In this document: one piece after another, positions 46,198 through 55,761 of the stretch
Layout of the letters: every line of letters begins with the position of its first letter
Numbering within the stretch: position 1 is the first letter of the stretch
The notes under the pieces: model-generated
The model's database searches: none
Told to the model about the DNA's origin: nothing
Seen by the model: the letters and a program-made list of their open reading frames with translations, nothing else
IMG/VR virus record: IMGVR_UViG_2548876809_000002
Location: 18,058-82,057 of that record
DNA: 64,000 bases
Source: a virus
Lineage: Duplodnaviria; Caudoviricetes
Strand: one strand, 5' to 3'
Translations under genes and position numbers: made by a program

Positions 46198-47473
46198 CAT
46201 GAAGGCGCTTGCTCAAGCCACCGCGACGGTTGTCCGAGAGATCCTCCCTGCGCTTCTGAAGCAGGAAACGGCACCGCTGCTCCAGCGCATCGCAGAGCTT
46301 GAGGCTCGCGAACCGCTGCCGGGCAAAGATGGCAAGGACGTCGACATCGACGAACTCGCTGCCATGATCAATCGTGCAGTGGCCTTGATCAAGATCCCGG
46401 CCGCGCAGCCGGGCGTCGACGGCAAAGACGTCGATATGGCGGAAGTGCGCGCGCTTGTGCTTGCCGCCGTTGCAGACCTGCCCCCGGCCGAGCCCGGCAA
46501 GGACGCTGACCCTGAGTTGGTTCGCTCGTTGGTCGCCGAGGCGGTCGCCGCGATCAACGTTCCCGAGCCGAAGACCGGCAACGACGGCAAGGACGTCGAC
46601 ATGGATGAGGTCCTGGCGTTAATCGTCGCGGCGGTGGCGGACCTGCCCCCGCCGCAAGCGGGGAAGGATGCAGATCCCGAGCTCGTTCGATCGCTGGTCG
46701 CCGAAGCGGTCGCTGCGATCGAAATTCCTGCAGGTAAAGACGGCAAGGACGTCGATGCCGAGCAGGTCCGCGCGCTTGTGCAGTCCGCGGTCGCCGCGTT
46801 GCCGCCCGCGCCGCCCGGGAAAGACGCCGATCCGGATCTCGTTCGATCACTGGTGGCCGATGCCGTTGCCGCGATCGACCTACCGCAGCCGCGTGATGGC
46901 AGGGACGCTGACCCGGCTGCCGTAAAGGCGCTCGTCGATGAGGCAGTCGCAGCCTTGCCGCCGGCGGCCCCGGGCAAGAGCATTACTGCTGAGGACGTCG
47001 CCCCCCTGATCAGGGAGGAAATCGCTAAGTCTGTTGCGGATGCCGTTGCCGCTCTGCCCCTCGCCAAGGACGGGGTCGGCGCGGCTGGAGCGGTGATCGA
47101 TCGTAACGGTTCGCTCGTCTTGACGCTCAGTGACGGCAAGATGGTCGATCTTGGTCGCGTGGACGGCAAGGACGGACTCGACGGCACCAGTCCCGAAGAT
47201 ATGGCAGTCGAACTGCTCCCGGACGGTCGCACCGTGCGGTTCGTGTTCGTCAAAGGCGAGAAGGAATTCGCCTTCCAGGTCCCGTTCCCGGTCGTGCTTG
47301 ACCGCGGCGTGTTCAAGGAAGGTACCGCCTATGAGCACGGCGATGCGGTGACGTTCGGCGGCTCGCTGTGGATCGCGCAGCGCGCGACTGGCGAGAAGCC
47401 GGAAGGCAACAACACCGGATGGCGTCTCGCGGTCAAGAAAGGTCGCGACGGCCGCGACCTGAACAAGGAATAG
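46190..47473 (+). CDS. Repeat-rich portal-linked protein with CBM5/12-like C-terminus
   Basis: About 9-10 GKD-x-D-helix-P repeats; Y..GDAVTFGGSLW.A...W motif. Confidence 0.65.
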   Translation: MLDMKALAQATATVVREILPALLKQETAPLLQRIAELEAREPLPGKDGKDVDIDELAAMINRAVALIKIPAAQPGVDGKDVDMAEVRALVLAAVADLPPAEPGKDADPELVRSLVAEAVAAINVPEPKTGNDGKDVDMDEVLALIVAAVADLPPPQAGKDADPELVRSLVAEAVAAIEIPAGKDGKDVDAEQVRALVQSAVAALPPAPPGKDADPDLVRSLVADAVAAIDLPQPRDGRDADPAAVKALVDEAVAALPPAAPGKSITAEDVAPLIREEIAKSVADAVAALPLAKDGVGAAGAVIDRNGSLVLTLSDGKMVDLGRVDGKDGLDGTSPEDMAVELLPDGRTVRFVFVKGEKEFAFQVPFPVVLDRGVFKEGTAYEHGDAVTFGGSLWIAQRATGEKPEGNNTGWRLAVKKGRDGRDLNKE

Positions 47474-47479
47474 GCGGCG

Positions 47480-47881
47480 ATGACCGTCGACCAGATGCGG
47501 GCCATTATCGGTGCGGGCCCCGATGTGCCGGATGAAGAAGTCATCGTCCGGTACGGAAGCTTCGCCGCGGCGCAAGCCGATCGTGGTCTGCCGATCGAGG
47601 AGGTTCGCGCTCAAGTCCGCCTCGAGCGGACCGACTCCTCGGAGGATAGCTACCTCAACCTGCTGATCCTGGCAGCGGCGCGCGCGGTGCGCAACGAGTT
47701 GAAGCGCCCCGTCGACCTCACACTTGATGACCCCGACAATGACGTCATCAAGGTCGCGATGCTGCTGCTCATCGCTCACTGGTTCGACAGGCGCGAGCCG
47801 GCTTCAGTCGGCTCGCAAAGCTCAGAGCTTCCGTTCACCGTCACGTTCCTGCTGGACCCTATCCGAAAGTGGGTGTGCTGA
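47480..47881 (+). CDS. Head-tail connector (gp6-like)
   Basis: AMLLLIAHWFDRRE motif. Confidence 0.8.
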   Translation: MTVDQMRAIIGAGPDVPDEEVIVRYGSFAAAQADRGLPIEEVRAQVRLERTDSSEDSYLNLLILAAARAVRNELKRPVDLTLDDPDNDVIKVAMLLLIAHWFDRREPASVGSQSSELPFTVTFLLDPIRKWVC

Positions 47882-48231
47882 TGGCTGCGCTCGGGTTGGC
47901 CAGCCGCCTCAAGCACAAAGTTACGATCCAAGAGCCAAACGTGGTCGACAACGGCAAAGGCGGCCGCAAGACCCCGGCTGGTGAAGCCGCATGGAAGGAT
48001 GTTGCGACTAACGTACCCGCCGAGGTCTATCCGCTGCGCGGCGGGGAAGCGCTCAGCCTCGGTGTGCAGCGCGCGACCCAAATCTACCGCGTCACGATCC
48101 GCAAGCGTCAGGGTCTGACCCCCAAGCATCGGCTGCTCTGGCAGGGCATGGTCCTCGACATCAAAACTGCCCCGCCATGCACCGATGGGCAGTCAAACGT
48201 GATGACCTGCGAGAGCGGAGCGATCGGCTGA
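47881..48231 (+). CDS. Head closure / head-tail adaptor
   Basis: LKHKVTIQ...W...YRVTIR pattern. Confidence 0.75.
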   Translation: MAALGLASRLKHKVTIQEPNVVDNGKGGRKTPAGEAAWKDVATNVPAEVYPLRGGEALSLGVQRATQIYRVTIRKRQGLTPKHRLLWQGMVLDIKTAPPCTDGQSNVMTCESGAIG

Positions 48232-48740
48232 TGGCGCGCTCGAAGCTGCGAGGCATTGGCCGTTTCAAGCGTCTGCTGCGGCGTATGCCCGAAGCGGCCC
48301 GCGGTGAAATCGTCGTCGAACTGAGTGTGACCGGCCGTCAGATCAAGCAGGCCATACAGGCGAAGGCACCCCGGAAAAGCGGTGCGCTTCGAGAGGGCAT
48401 CGAAAGCAAGGTGCTACCGAAGTCGCTGCGGCTTCAGGTTGGCCTCTTGGGCGGCCGACGCGGGAACCGGGATCTGTTCTACGGGCGCATCCAGGATCTT
48501 GGTCGCAAGGCTCAGGTGGTTCGAGTGCTCCGCCGACACAGCGACTTCGCGCACACCTTCAACCGGAACGGCACCCGGAAAAAGACCGTCGAGTCGGCCT
48601 ACCTCATGCGGGTGCGGGCGATGGCGCCGAAGCGGTTCATCACCGGTCGCTTTCCTGAACTTCGCCAGGCGTTGAACGCCAACCTGCGCGGTATTCTAAC
48701 CCGCTCGCTAAGCCGCATTGCCGGAGGTTCTGATGAGTAA
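48231..48740 (+). CDS. HK97 gp10-family neck protein
   Basis: APRKSGALR...FYGRIQDLG...MAPKRF. Confidence 0.75.
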   Translation: MARSKLRGIGRFKRLLRRMPEAARGEIVVELSVTGRQIKQAIQAKAPRKSGALREGIESKVLPKSLRLQVGLLGGRRGNRDLFYGRIQDLGRKAQVVRVLRRHSDFAHTFNRNGTRKKTVESAYLMRVRAMAPKRFITGRFPELRQALNANLRGILTRSLSRIAGGSDE

Positions 48741-49122
48741 AGCGAAGGCGATGGTTGAAGCGGCTGCATTCGTAGCGCTGGATACCGGCATCACCGGGGC
48801 AACGGTTTTTCAGGATGCCCCGGAGAACGCCCCGACGCCGCTAGTGATCATCGGTGACCTGAAGAGCGCCCGGCTGCCACTTAAGGGGGCCGACGCTGAC
48901 CGCCGCGTAACGATCGCGATTGTTACCATAGTGGAAGCTGAGGAGCGTGCGCCGCTGCTCGCGTTGCAGGAGCAGATCGAGGACGCGCTGGATGGTCAGA
49001 ACCTCGAGCAAGACGGCTGGACGCTCGCATTCGAGTTCGAGGACGACGACGCCGTCCTGAGCGAGGATGGCTCAACTTACACCGGCATCACCAGCTTCAC
49101 CGTGCTCGCGATCGCGCCTTAG
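48733..49122 (+). CDS. Tail completion protein (DUF3168-like)
   Basis: Position and size. Confidence 0.65.
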   Translation: MSKAKAMVEAAAFVALDTGITGATVFQDAPENAPTPLVIIGDLKSARLPLKGADADRRVTIAIVTIVEAEERAPLLALQEQIEDALDGQNLEQDGWTLAFEFEDDDAVLSEDGSTYTGITSFTVLAIAP

Positions 49123-49185
49123 CCCCCCCTTTCCACGCAACCTACCCGCCGCGCATCGCCCGCGCGCATTCACAGGAGAATCACC

Positions 49186-49611
49186 ATGGCAAAGAAACTC
49201 GGCAGTGATTACCGCTTGTTTGTCCAGTCGACGACGGCTGGCACGTTCAACCAGCCCGCAGGTCAGGGCAATCTCAGCATTGATCGCGGCAAGGCGTTCT
49301 CGTCGAACGCGACCAAGGATCAGGAGGGTGTCGACACCCAGGCGCCGGGCTTGCGCACCCTGACGATCAAGCAGGATCTGACGCCCGATCTGCCGGACGC
49401 CAACGGCTACACTCGGATCGAGACGCTCGACAAGTCGAACGCCGCCGAGGTTTACCAGATCCGGAAGAAGCCGTTCGCGACCGGCGACATCGTGTTCGAA
49501 TGCTCGATGTACACCTCGATCGATAGCTCCGGCTTCGACCAGGGCGCGAGCGTCAAGTCGCCGCTGACGCTGCAACCGGCTGCACAGCCGACGATCGACA
49601 CGCTCCAGTAA
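49186..49611 (+). CDS. Tail tube protein
   Basis: 141 aa; TP901-like tube pattern. Confidence 0.7.
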   Translation: MAKKLGSDYRLFVQSTTAGTFNQPAGQGNLSIDRGKAFSSNATKDQEGVDTQAPGLRTLTIKQDLTPDLPDANGYTRIETLDKSNAAEVYQIRKKPFATGDIVFECSMYTSIDSSGFDQGASVKSPLTLQPAAQPTIDTLQ

Positions 49612-49644
49612 GCGCGACGCCGCCCCTCCCATAAGGATCCCCGG

Positions 49645-49923
49645 ATGATCAAGATCAATGGCAATTCTCTTCCGACCAGCAAGCCGCAGGATCTGGACGA
49701 ACAGCTGATCGCCTCGACCGGCCACGGCGTGCGCGAGGTGCATGCGTTGCTCGGCGGAGGGCCCGGGCTTGCTGCTCGTGCCCTCGCCCCGTTCCTCGGC
49801 AAGGACGCCCCTGCGCTGAACGAACTCGCCTGCGATATCGCAGCGGACCCGGATTCCATCGGCGCGATCGCTAAGCTGTATGCGCTGCCGGCGGACGTGG
49901 TCGTAGAGGTCACCGCGCAGTGA
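49645..49923 (+). CDS. Hypothetical tail protein
   Basis: Between tube and chaperone. Confidence 0.55.
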   Translation: MIKINGNSLPTSKPQDLDEQLIASTGHGVREVHALLGGGPGLAARALAPFLGKDAPALNELACDIAADPDSIGAIAKLYALPADVVVEVTAQ

Positions 49924-50348
49924 GCGACCTCGATACTGCAGCGTTCGCGAACGCGGATCGGGGTGAGCTTTCCCTGATCCTCGACGGCGCTACCATGGTG
50001 CTGCGCCCTACCTTCGAGGCGCTGACTGAGATCGAGCAGACTCTCGACCGCGGCTTGGTGGATCTGGCGCGAGATGCCTTGGCTGCGAAGCTGAAGCTAG
50101 CCGAGACGGCGCAGATTGTCACCGCTTGCGTCCGCGCCTGGGGCAAGGAGGCAGGGGACAAAGGCGCGTCGGGAGCGAACGCAACCCGCATCGCCCGTTT
50201 GATCGTCGACAGCGAAGGCGGCCTTCATAACGCACTGCGTACCGTCGGCGCGCTGCTCTCGCTCGCGGTCACCGGCGGGTACACCGCATCGGGGGAACTG
50301 AAGCCGTCGACGATGACGACGACGGAGAAAGCCCCCGTCGACGGCTGA
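49920..50348 (+). CDS. Tail assembly chaperone G (GTA-gp10-like)
   Basis: RGEL.L.LDG...VLRPTFEAL.EIE motif. Confidence 0.75.
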   Translation: MSDLDTAAFANADRGELSLILDGATMVLRPTFEALTEIEQTLDRGLVDLARDALAAKLKLAETAQIVTACVRAWGKEAGDKGASGANATRIARLIVDSEGGLHNALRTVGALLSLAVTGGYTASGELKPSTMTTTEKAPVDG

Positions 50349-50467
50349 TGGGCACGGCCGTCGTCCTGCTGGGATGGCGGCCGGGCGATTTCTGGCATTG
50401 CACACCGGTCGAGTTCTGGACCGCGATGAAGGCGTTTGAGCGCGCCAATCCCCCGAACCCATCCTGA
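50291..50467 (+). CDS. Tail chaperone GT extension via -1 frameshift
   Basis: GGGGGAA at 50291; -1 frame encodes LLGWRPGDFW..TP.EF. Confidence 0.65.
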   Translation, partial: GGTEAVDDDDDGESPRRRLMGTAVVLLGWRPGDFWHCTPVEFWTAMKAFERANPPNPS

Positions 50468-50479
50468 CAGGAGGCGTCT

Positions 50480-53400
50480 ATGGCTGATCAGACTGAACGC
50501 CTGCTGTTGCAGGTCGACGCCGCGACCGAGTTGCTGCGTCGCAATCTGGCTGAGGGCGAGAAGCCGCTCGACCGGTTCGAGAAGCGTGCCGCGAAGATGG
50601 CGGAGAACGTCGACGGCTCGATCAGCAACATGGGCAAACGCTTCAGTGCGTTCGCCGAGCTTGCGGATACCGCGGCAACACGCGCGCAGAAGTCGTTCGA
50701 GGCCAGCTTCAGCCAGGTTCAGCGGCTCGCCGCCACGGCAATCAAGGGTCCGACGATCGATGGCGGCATCAATCTGGGTGCCGACGATATCCGTGCCGGC
50801 GCAGCTGCCGCGCAGGACCAGGCTCGAGCGTTCGCGTTGATCGGCGAGGCGGCGGAACGCGCGGCGGCCGCCGAACGCGACACGTCGGAAGCGACGCGCC
50901 TATTCATCCAGGCCACGAACGCTTCCCGCATCGAAGCCGAACAGAAGGCAGCCGCCCTTCTGGCTGAGGCAGGCGCGCTGGAACGCGTCGAGATCGAGCT
51001 ACGGCAGAGCGCTGAGGCGACCGAACTCTTCGTCACGAAGCATCAGCGGATCGCCGAGGCGGCGGCTGAACAGCAGCGCCTCTCCACCGCGACTGCTGAG
51101 ACCGCTCGGGAACAGAAGGCTTTGGGTGCGTCCGCGGACGCCCTGCGCGCCTCGATCGACCCAATGTATGCGGCACAGCAGCGGTTCGATGCAGAACTGA
51201 CGCGTGCCGAGACGCTGCTGTCGGCTGGAACGATCAGCACCCGCGAGTATGATGCGGCTGTGCGCGTTGCCACCGCGGCCTTGCAGGCACACGCCGCCAC
51301 GGTGACGGGCGTTGTGGAGCAGGATCGCTTGCTCGCCGCGAGCGCGGAAGAGGCGGCCCGCGGACAGCGCGCGCTTGCGGCCGCAGCCGATATTGTGCGC
51401 GCCGAACTCGATCCGATGTTCCTTGCGCAAAAGCGGTTCGACGACGAGTTGAACCGTGCCGACAGCCTTCTGGCGGCAGGTGCGATTCATCAGCGCGAGT
51501 ATGCCGCGGCAGTCGAACAGGCGCGTGCCAACCTTTACGCACATGCGCAGTCCGTCGCCGGTAGCGGATCGGGTACGAAGGCGCTGTCGACCAACACGAA
51601 TGCCCTGCGGTACGCGATGCAGGGCCTGTCCTATCAGGTGCAGGACACGTTCACCCAGTTGAGCATGGGCGCGAACGTCCTCCAGGTCGTTGCTATCCAG
51701 GGTGGCCAAACGGCTGGCCAATTTGCCAACCTCGAGGGCAAAGCGGGATCGTTCGCCCGGTTCATGATCGGCCCGTGGGGATTGGCCATTACCGGGGCGC
51801 TGTTGATCCTCGGGCCACTCACGAAGGGCATGTTCGAGTTCAGTGACGCCACGAACGACGCGGTTGAAAAGCTGAAGAAGGACGCGATCGAGAGCGATGT
51901 CACTGCCCGCGCGAAAGCCCGGTTCGCCGGCACTGTCGAAGGGCTGACGGGGGCTCTCAAGGATCAGGACAAGGCGCTTCGTCAAACGGCTGACAGCGAG
52001 CGGTCGTCGGCCGAGCGCGCCAATATCGCGGCGCGTGCGAAGCGCGACGAGGCTCTCGCAATCCGACAAACGACGGTTGCTCGCCTGGCGGAAGCCGAGG
52101 CGCGGCTTGGCGACTTCTCGTCGACCGGCGGTACAACTGGTGCGGCTGCGCTTCAGAATCAGGCTCGAAGCGATCAGGTCAACAAACTGAAGGCTGAGCG
52201 GACGAAGGCTGAGGCTGCCGTCACCGCGGCCGAGCACCAGCTGAATGTGACCCGGGTCGACCTCGCGGCGGAGCAAGCTGCGACCTCGATCGATCCAGTT
52301 CGATCCGTAACGAAGGCGATCGACGACAAGATCAGCGCGCTCAAGAATGAGCTGCGCACGCAGGCTCGGCTCGGTCAGGTCGTCGGCGCAGAATCATTGA
52401 AGCGGCTCCGGGAACTGGAAGCCCAGAAGAAGGCCGCAACCGATCTGGCGCAGGCCAACCAGCGCGCGGCGAATGCCAAGCCGAACAACAACCAGATCGG
52501 CCGCGAGGTCAATGTGGCCGAGGCCACCAGCATCATTGCGGGTATCGGCGGGCATGTGACCAGCGGTCTACGCTCGAACGAACGGCAGGCGCAGCTGTAT
52601 GCCGACAAGCTCGCCGGTCGGCATGCCGGACCGGTCGCCAAGCCAGGCACGAGCGACCACGAGCGCGGCCAGGCGATCGACGTCGCTTACGGCCCCGGCA
52701 TCAGCGTCGCATCGATCCGGCAGGCATTTGCCAAGGAAGGCGTCGCGATCCGTCAGCTGATCGACGAGCGCGACCAGAAGGTGTTCCACGTCGCCTTCGG
52801 CAAGAAGGGGCCGAACCAGCAGACGGTCGACAGCCAGGCGGAACGCGCGCGGCAGAAGGTGTTGAACGACGACATCGCCTACAGCCAGGAAGAGCAGCAG
52901 GCCCGGCAGCGGCTCACGGCGGCAACGCGCAAATCAGCCCAGACCGAGGATCAGCGCGACGCCGAACTGGTCGCAAGCATCAACGCCGAGGCCGACAGTC
53001 GCAAGCAGAAGATCGATCTGCAGCAGGACAAAGGAATGTCCAAGGCGCGGGCGGACAATCTGCGCTCGTTGAACGAACAGACCCGCACGCAGGAGTTGCA
53101 GAACGCTGCGGCCGACCGCGCAACGCGAGTCATCGAGCAGCGCTACAACGTCGACAAACAGAACCTCGAGTCACAGGTCGCACTGCTCCGCATCAGCGAG
53201 GACATGGCGCCGACCGAGCGCGATCGGCGTCGCATTGCCGAGCAGATCCTCGAGGCCGAGCAGACGCTTCGCCGTCAGGCGCTCGAGCGCGTGCGCGACA
53301 CCTCGAAGGATCCGGAAGCGGTCATGTCGGCGCAGCGTTCGCTCAGCGCGCTGCCAGCGCTGGAAGGTGCCGAGCGCGGCCAGCTTGCCCGGCAGAACGC

Positions 53401-54142
53401 GTCCCCGCTCGATGCCTACCGGGACCGCCTCAAGTCGGCGACCGCCGATACCAACGCTGCGCTTCAGGGCGTCGCGGTCAACGCGCTCGGCTCGCTTGAG
53501 AGCAGCGTGTCCTCGTCGATCGGCAAAGTGCTCAAGCTGAAAGGCGCGTTCGGCGAGATGGCGTCGAGCATCATCGCCGACCTGGCACGGATCGCGATCG
53601 AAAAGGCGATTGTCAGTGTGATCGGAAGCCCGCTCGGCTTTGCCAACGGCGGTTCCCTTGGCGGCATCCCTGGGCGCGCGGATGGCGGATCGTTGGGCGG
53701 ACTGATCAGCGGACCTGGGCACGGCCGTTCCGACAGCATCCTTGCGCTGCTTTCGGGCCCGGGGGGCGGCGCAGTGCGGTTGTCCAATCGCGAGTTCATC
53801 ATGAACGAAGGCGCGGTGAACTATTACGGCGCGAGCGCCATGGCCGCGATCAACGCGCGCCGCCTGCCGCGCTTCGCCAATGGCGGATCGCTCGGCGGGT
53901 CGCCGTCCCTGCCCAACCTGCGCGCGCCGCGCCTGCCCGCAGCGGCGTACGGTGCTGGCGCATCCCGGCGCATGCAGCTCGACGGCAACATCACCGTCAG
54001 TCCGAGTCCGGAGTTCGACGCCAAGATCGAAGGTGTCACCCTGCGCACGGTTGGCGCGACTGCGGAGCCGATCATGGCCGGCGCGACTGCGCGCACGATG
54101 CGCAAGCTCAACAGGCCGGAACTACCGGGGGGGTTCGACTGA
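50480..54142 (+). CDS. Tape measure protein with internal peptidase-M15-like domain
   Basis: 1220 aa, Ala-rich helical; TQLSMGAN...QGGQ lambda TMP motif; SDH..G.AID...FH. Confidence 0.9.
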   Translation: MADQTERLLLQVDAATELLRRNLAEGEKPLDRFEKRAAKMAENVDGSISNMGKRFSAFAELADTAATRAQKSFEASFSQVQRLAATAIKGPTIDGGINLGADDIRAGAAAAQDQARAFALIGEAAERAAAAERDTSEATRLFIQATNASRIEAEQKAAALLAEAGALERVEIELRQSAEATELFVTKHQRIAEAAAEQQRLSTATAETAREQKALGASADALRASIDPMYAAQQRFDAELTRAETLLSAGTISTREYDAAVRVATAALQAHAATVTGVVEQDRLLAASAEEAARGQRALAAAADIVRAELDPMFLAQKRFDDELNRADSLLAAGAIHQREYAAAVEQARANLYAHAQSVAGSGSGTKALSTNTNALRYAMQGLSYQVQDTFTQLSMGANVLQVVAIQGGQTAGQFANLEGKAGSFARFMIGPWGLAITGALLILGPLTKGMFEFSDATNDAVEKLKKDAIESDVTARAKARFAGTVEGLTGALKDQDKALRQTADSERSSAERANIAARAKRDEALAIRQTTVARLAEAEARLGDFSSTGGTTGAAALQNQARSDQVNKLKAERTKAEAAVTAAEHQLNVTRVDLAAEQAATSIDPVRSVTKAIDDKISALKNELRTQARLGQVVGAESLKRLRELEAQKKAATDLAQANQRAANAKPNNNQIGREVNVAEATSIIAGIGGHVTSGLRSNERQAQLYADKLAGRHAGPVAKPGTSDHERGQAIDVAYGPGISVASIRQAFAKEGVAIRQLIDERDQKVFHVAFGKKGPNQQTVDSQAERARQKVLNDDIAYSQEEQQARQRLTAATRKSAQTEDQRDAELVASINAEADSRKQKIDLQQDKGMSKARADNLRSLNEQTRTQELQNAAADRATRVIEQRYNVDKQNLESQVALLRISEDMAPTERDRRRIAEQILEAEQTLRRQALERVRDTSKDPEAVMSAQRSLSALPALEGAERGQLARQNASPLDAYRDRLKSATADTNAALQGVAVNALGSLESSVSSSIGKVLKLKGAFGEMASSIIADLARIAIEKAIVSVIGSPLGFANGGSLGGIPGRADGGSLGGLISGPGHGRSDSILALLSGPGGGAVRLSNREFIMNEGAVNYYGASAMAAINARRLPRFANGGSLGGSPSLPNLRAPRLPAAAYGAGASRRMQLDGNITVSPSPEFDAKIEGVTLRTVGATAEPIMAGATARTMRKLNRPELPGGFD

Positions 54143-54734
54143 TGCTGATCACCATCCCGTCCGACCCCGTCGCGTCCGATATCGATTGGACGATTGACCA
54201 GCCCGGCCAGGCCAACCGGGGAGAGTTCACCGCGAAGCGGCGGGTTACCCTTTTAAGCGCAGCTCCGCGTTGGTTCGCTAAGGTCACCCTGCCCGCGATC
54301 ACCGGTGAAGACCGCGTGTTCGAATGGCGCGCGTTCGTGGTCGACTGCGACGGCATCGCCAACAGCTTTCGAATCATTGCTTGCGAGAGGGACCAGATCG
54401 CCGGATCGTTGGACGTTCGCGTGAAGGGCGCCGATCAAGGCGACACTTGTTGATCACGTCCGGATGGGGCGCGGCTGGGCTCAAACTCAAACGCGGACAA
54501 TTTATCACGCTGGGCGACCAGTTGCTGATGCTTAATGCCGCGGTCGTGGCGGACGGTGACGGCAACGCCACGCTTGCGGTTAAACCGTACATTCGGGTGG
54601 TGCCGGCGGACAAAGCGCCCATCGAGGTCAAGCGCCCCTACGCGGTGATGGCGATGTCGGATCCAAAGAACGGCTGGAAGGTCGGCATCGGACAGAAGTA
54701 CGGCGTTTCGTTCGACTGCGAAGAGGCTTTCTGA
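54142..54734 (+). pseudogene. Distal tail protein, frameshifted near 54442
   Basis: 593 nt; adding 1 nt joins 54142..54453 and 54324..54734 into 197 aa. Confidence 0.65.
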
Positions 54735-55321
54735 TGGATAGCCGCCCCGACGATGCCGCCAACGCCGCCCTTTCGGCAACGGTTCGCAAGCCAGTCACCT
54801 TTTGCTTTCTGGACCTTGCCGACGGTCCGATCCGGGTCACCAACGCACCGTACAGCTTCGCATTCGCCGGGACGGGCGATGAGGATCTTGACGGCTTCAC
54901 CTTCACCGCGATCGATCCGCGCGTCGTGTCGGTCGGCGCGGTGAAGGCGCGTGAGGGCGGCACCGATACGCTGTCGCTCCAACTGTCCGGCCTCGCTGGC
55001 GTCGACGACGAGCTGATGACGCAGATCGGCAACCGAGCAAACTATGTCGGCCGTGACTGCCGCCTCTGGCGCGCAATGCTCGACCCGCAGCAGCTGACCC
55101 GGATCGGCGCGATCTGGTCGTATTACACCGGCTACATGTCAGTCCCGAAGATCGTCGGTGATCGCACAAGCCAGACGATCAATCTCGACGTCGAATCGTA
55201 CCTCGCGTTCTTCAGCCAGGCGTCGAACCGGACTTATCTCGATCAGCAGAGCTACGACCCGAACGACCGGTCGGCCGAGCTCGCGATCGCGATCGCCAAT
55301 GGCGCCAACCGAAAATCCTGA
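54734..55321 (+). CDS. Minor tail (baseplate hub-like) protein
   Basis: Position; coupled. Confidence 0.7.
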   Translation: MDSRPDDAANAALSATVRKPVTFCFLDLADGPIRVTNAPYSFAFAGTGDEDLDGFTFTAIDPRVVSVGAVKAREGGTDTLSLQLSGLAGVDDELMTQIGNRANYVGRDCRLWRAMLDPQQLTRIGAIWSYYTGYMSVPKIVGDRTSQTINLDVESYLAFFSQASNRTYLDQQSYDPNDRSAELAIAIANGANRKS

Positions 55322-55335
55322 ACGGGGAGTCGATT

Positions 55336-55758
55336 ATGTACCGTCTACCCGATTGGGAAACGCGCCTCGCCGCGTATCTCGAACCTCTTCGCGCGCTCCC
55401 CTTCGCATGGGGGCAGCATGATTGCTGCACTTTCGCGGCTGGCGCGGTAAAGGCCATGACCGGTACGGATCCGATGCCGGAATTTCGCGGCCACTACACG
55501 ACCCCGCGCGGCTCGGCGCGGGCGCTGCGCCGGTTCGGCGCAGGGACCTTGCCGGCCACGCTGAACAACAAGTTCGAGACGGTTGATCCGTCGCTCGCGC
55601 ACCGCGGTGACATTATCATGTCCGACGGGCTGCTCGGCATTTGCCTAGGCCCGTTCCTCGTCGCGGTCGGTGCCGAAGGCGATCGCGAGGGACTGGTGCG
55701 GATCGACCGCAACCGCTGGGTCGCGCCCCGCGCCTGGCACGTTCGGTTCGGTCTGTAG
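55336..55758 (+). CDS. NlpC/P60-like (DUF6950-like) tail protein
   Basis: FAWGQHDCC.FA...GD motif. Confidence 0.7.
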   Translation: MYRLPDWETRLAAYLEPLRALPFAWGQHDCCTFAAGAVKAMTGTDPMPEFRGHYTTPRGSARALRRFGAGTLPATLNNKFETVDPSLAHRGDIIMSDGLLGICLGPFLVAVGAEGDREGLVRIDRNRWVAPRAWHVRFGL

Positions 55759-55761
55759 CGG

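Noticed and set aside
47881-50348. Gene transfer agent
   Set aside because: GTA-like tail genes sit in a full prophage with integrase, repressor, replication and cos-type packaging genes
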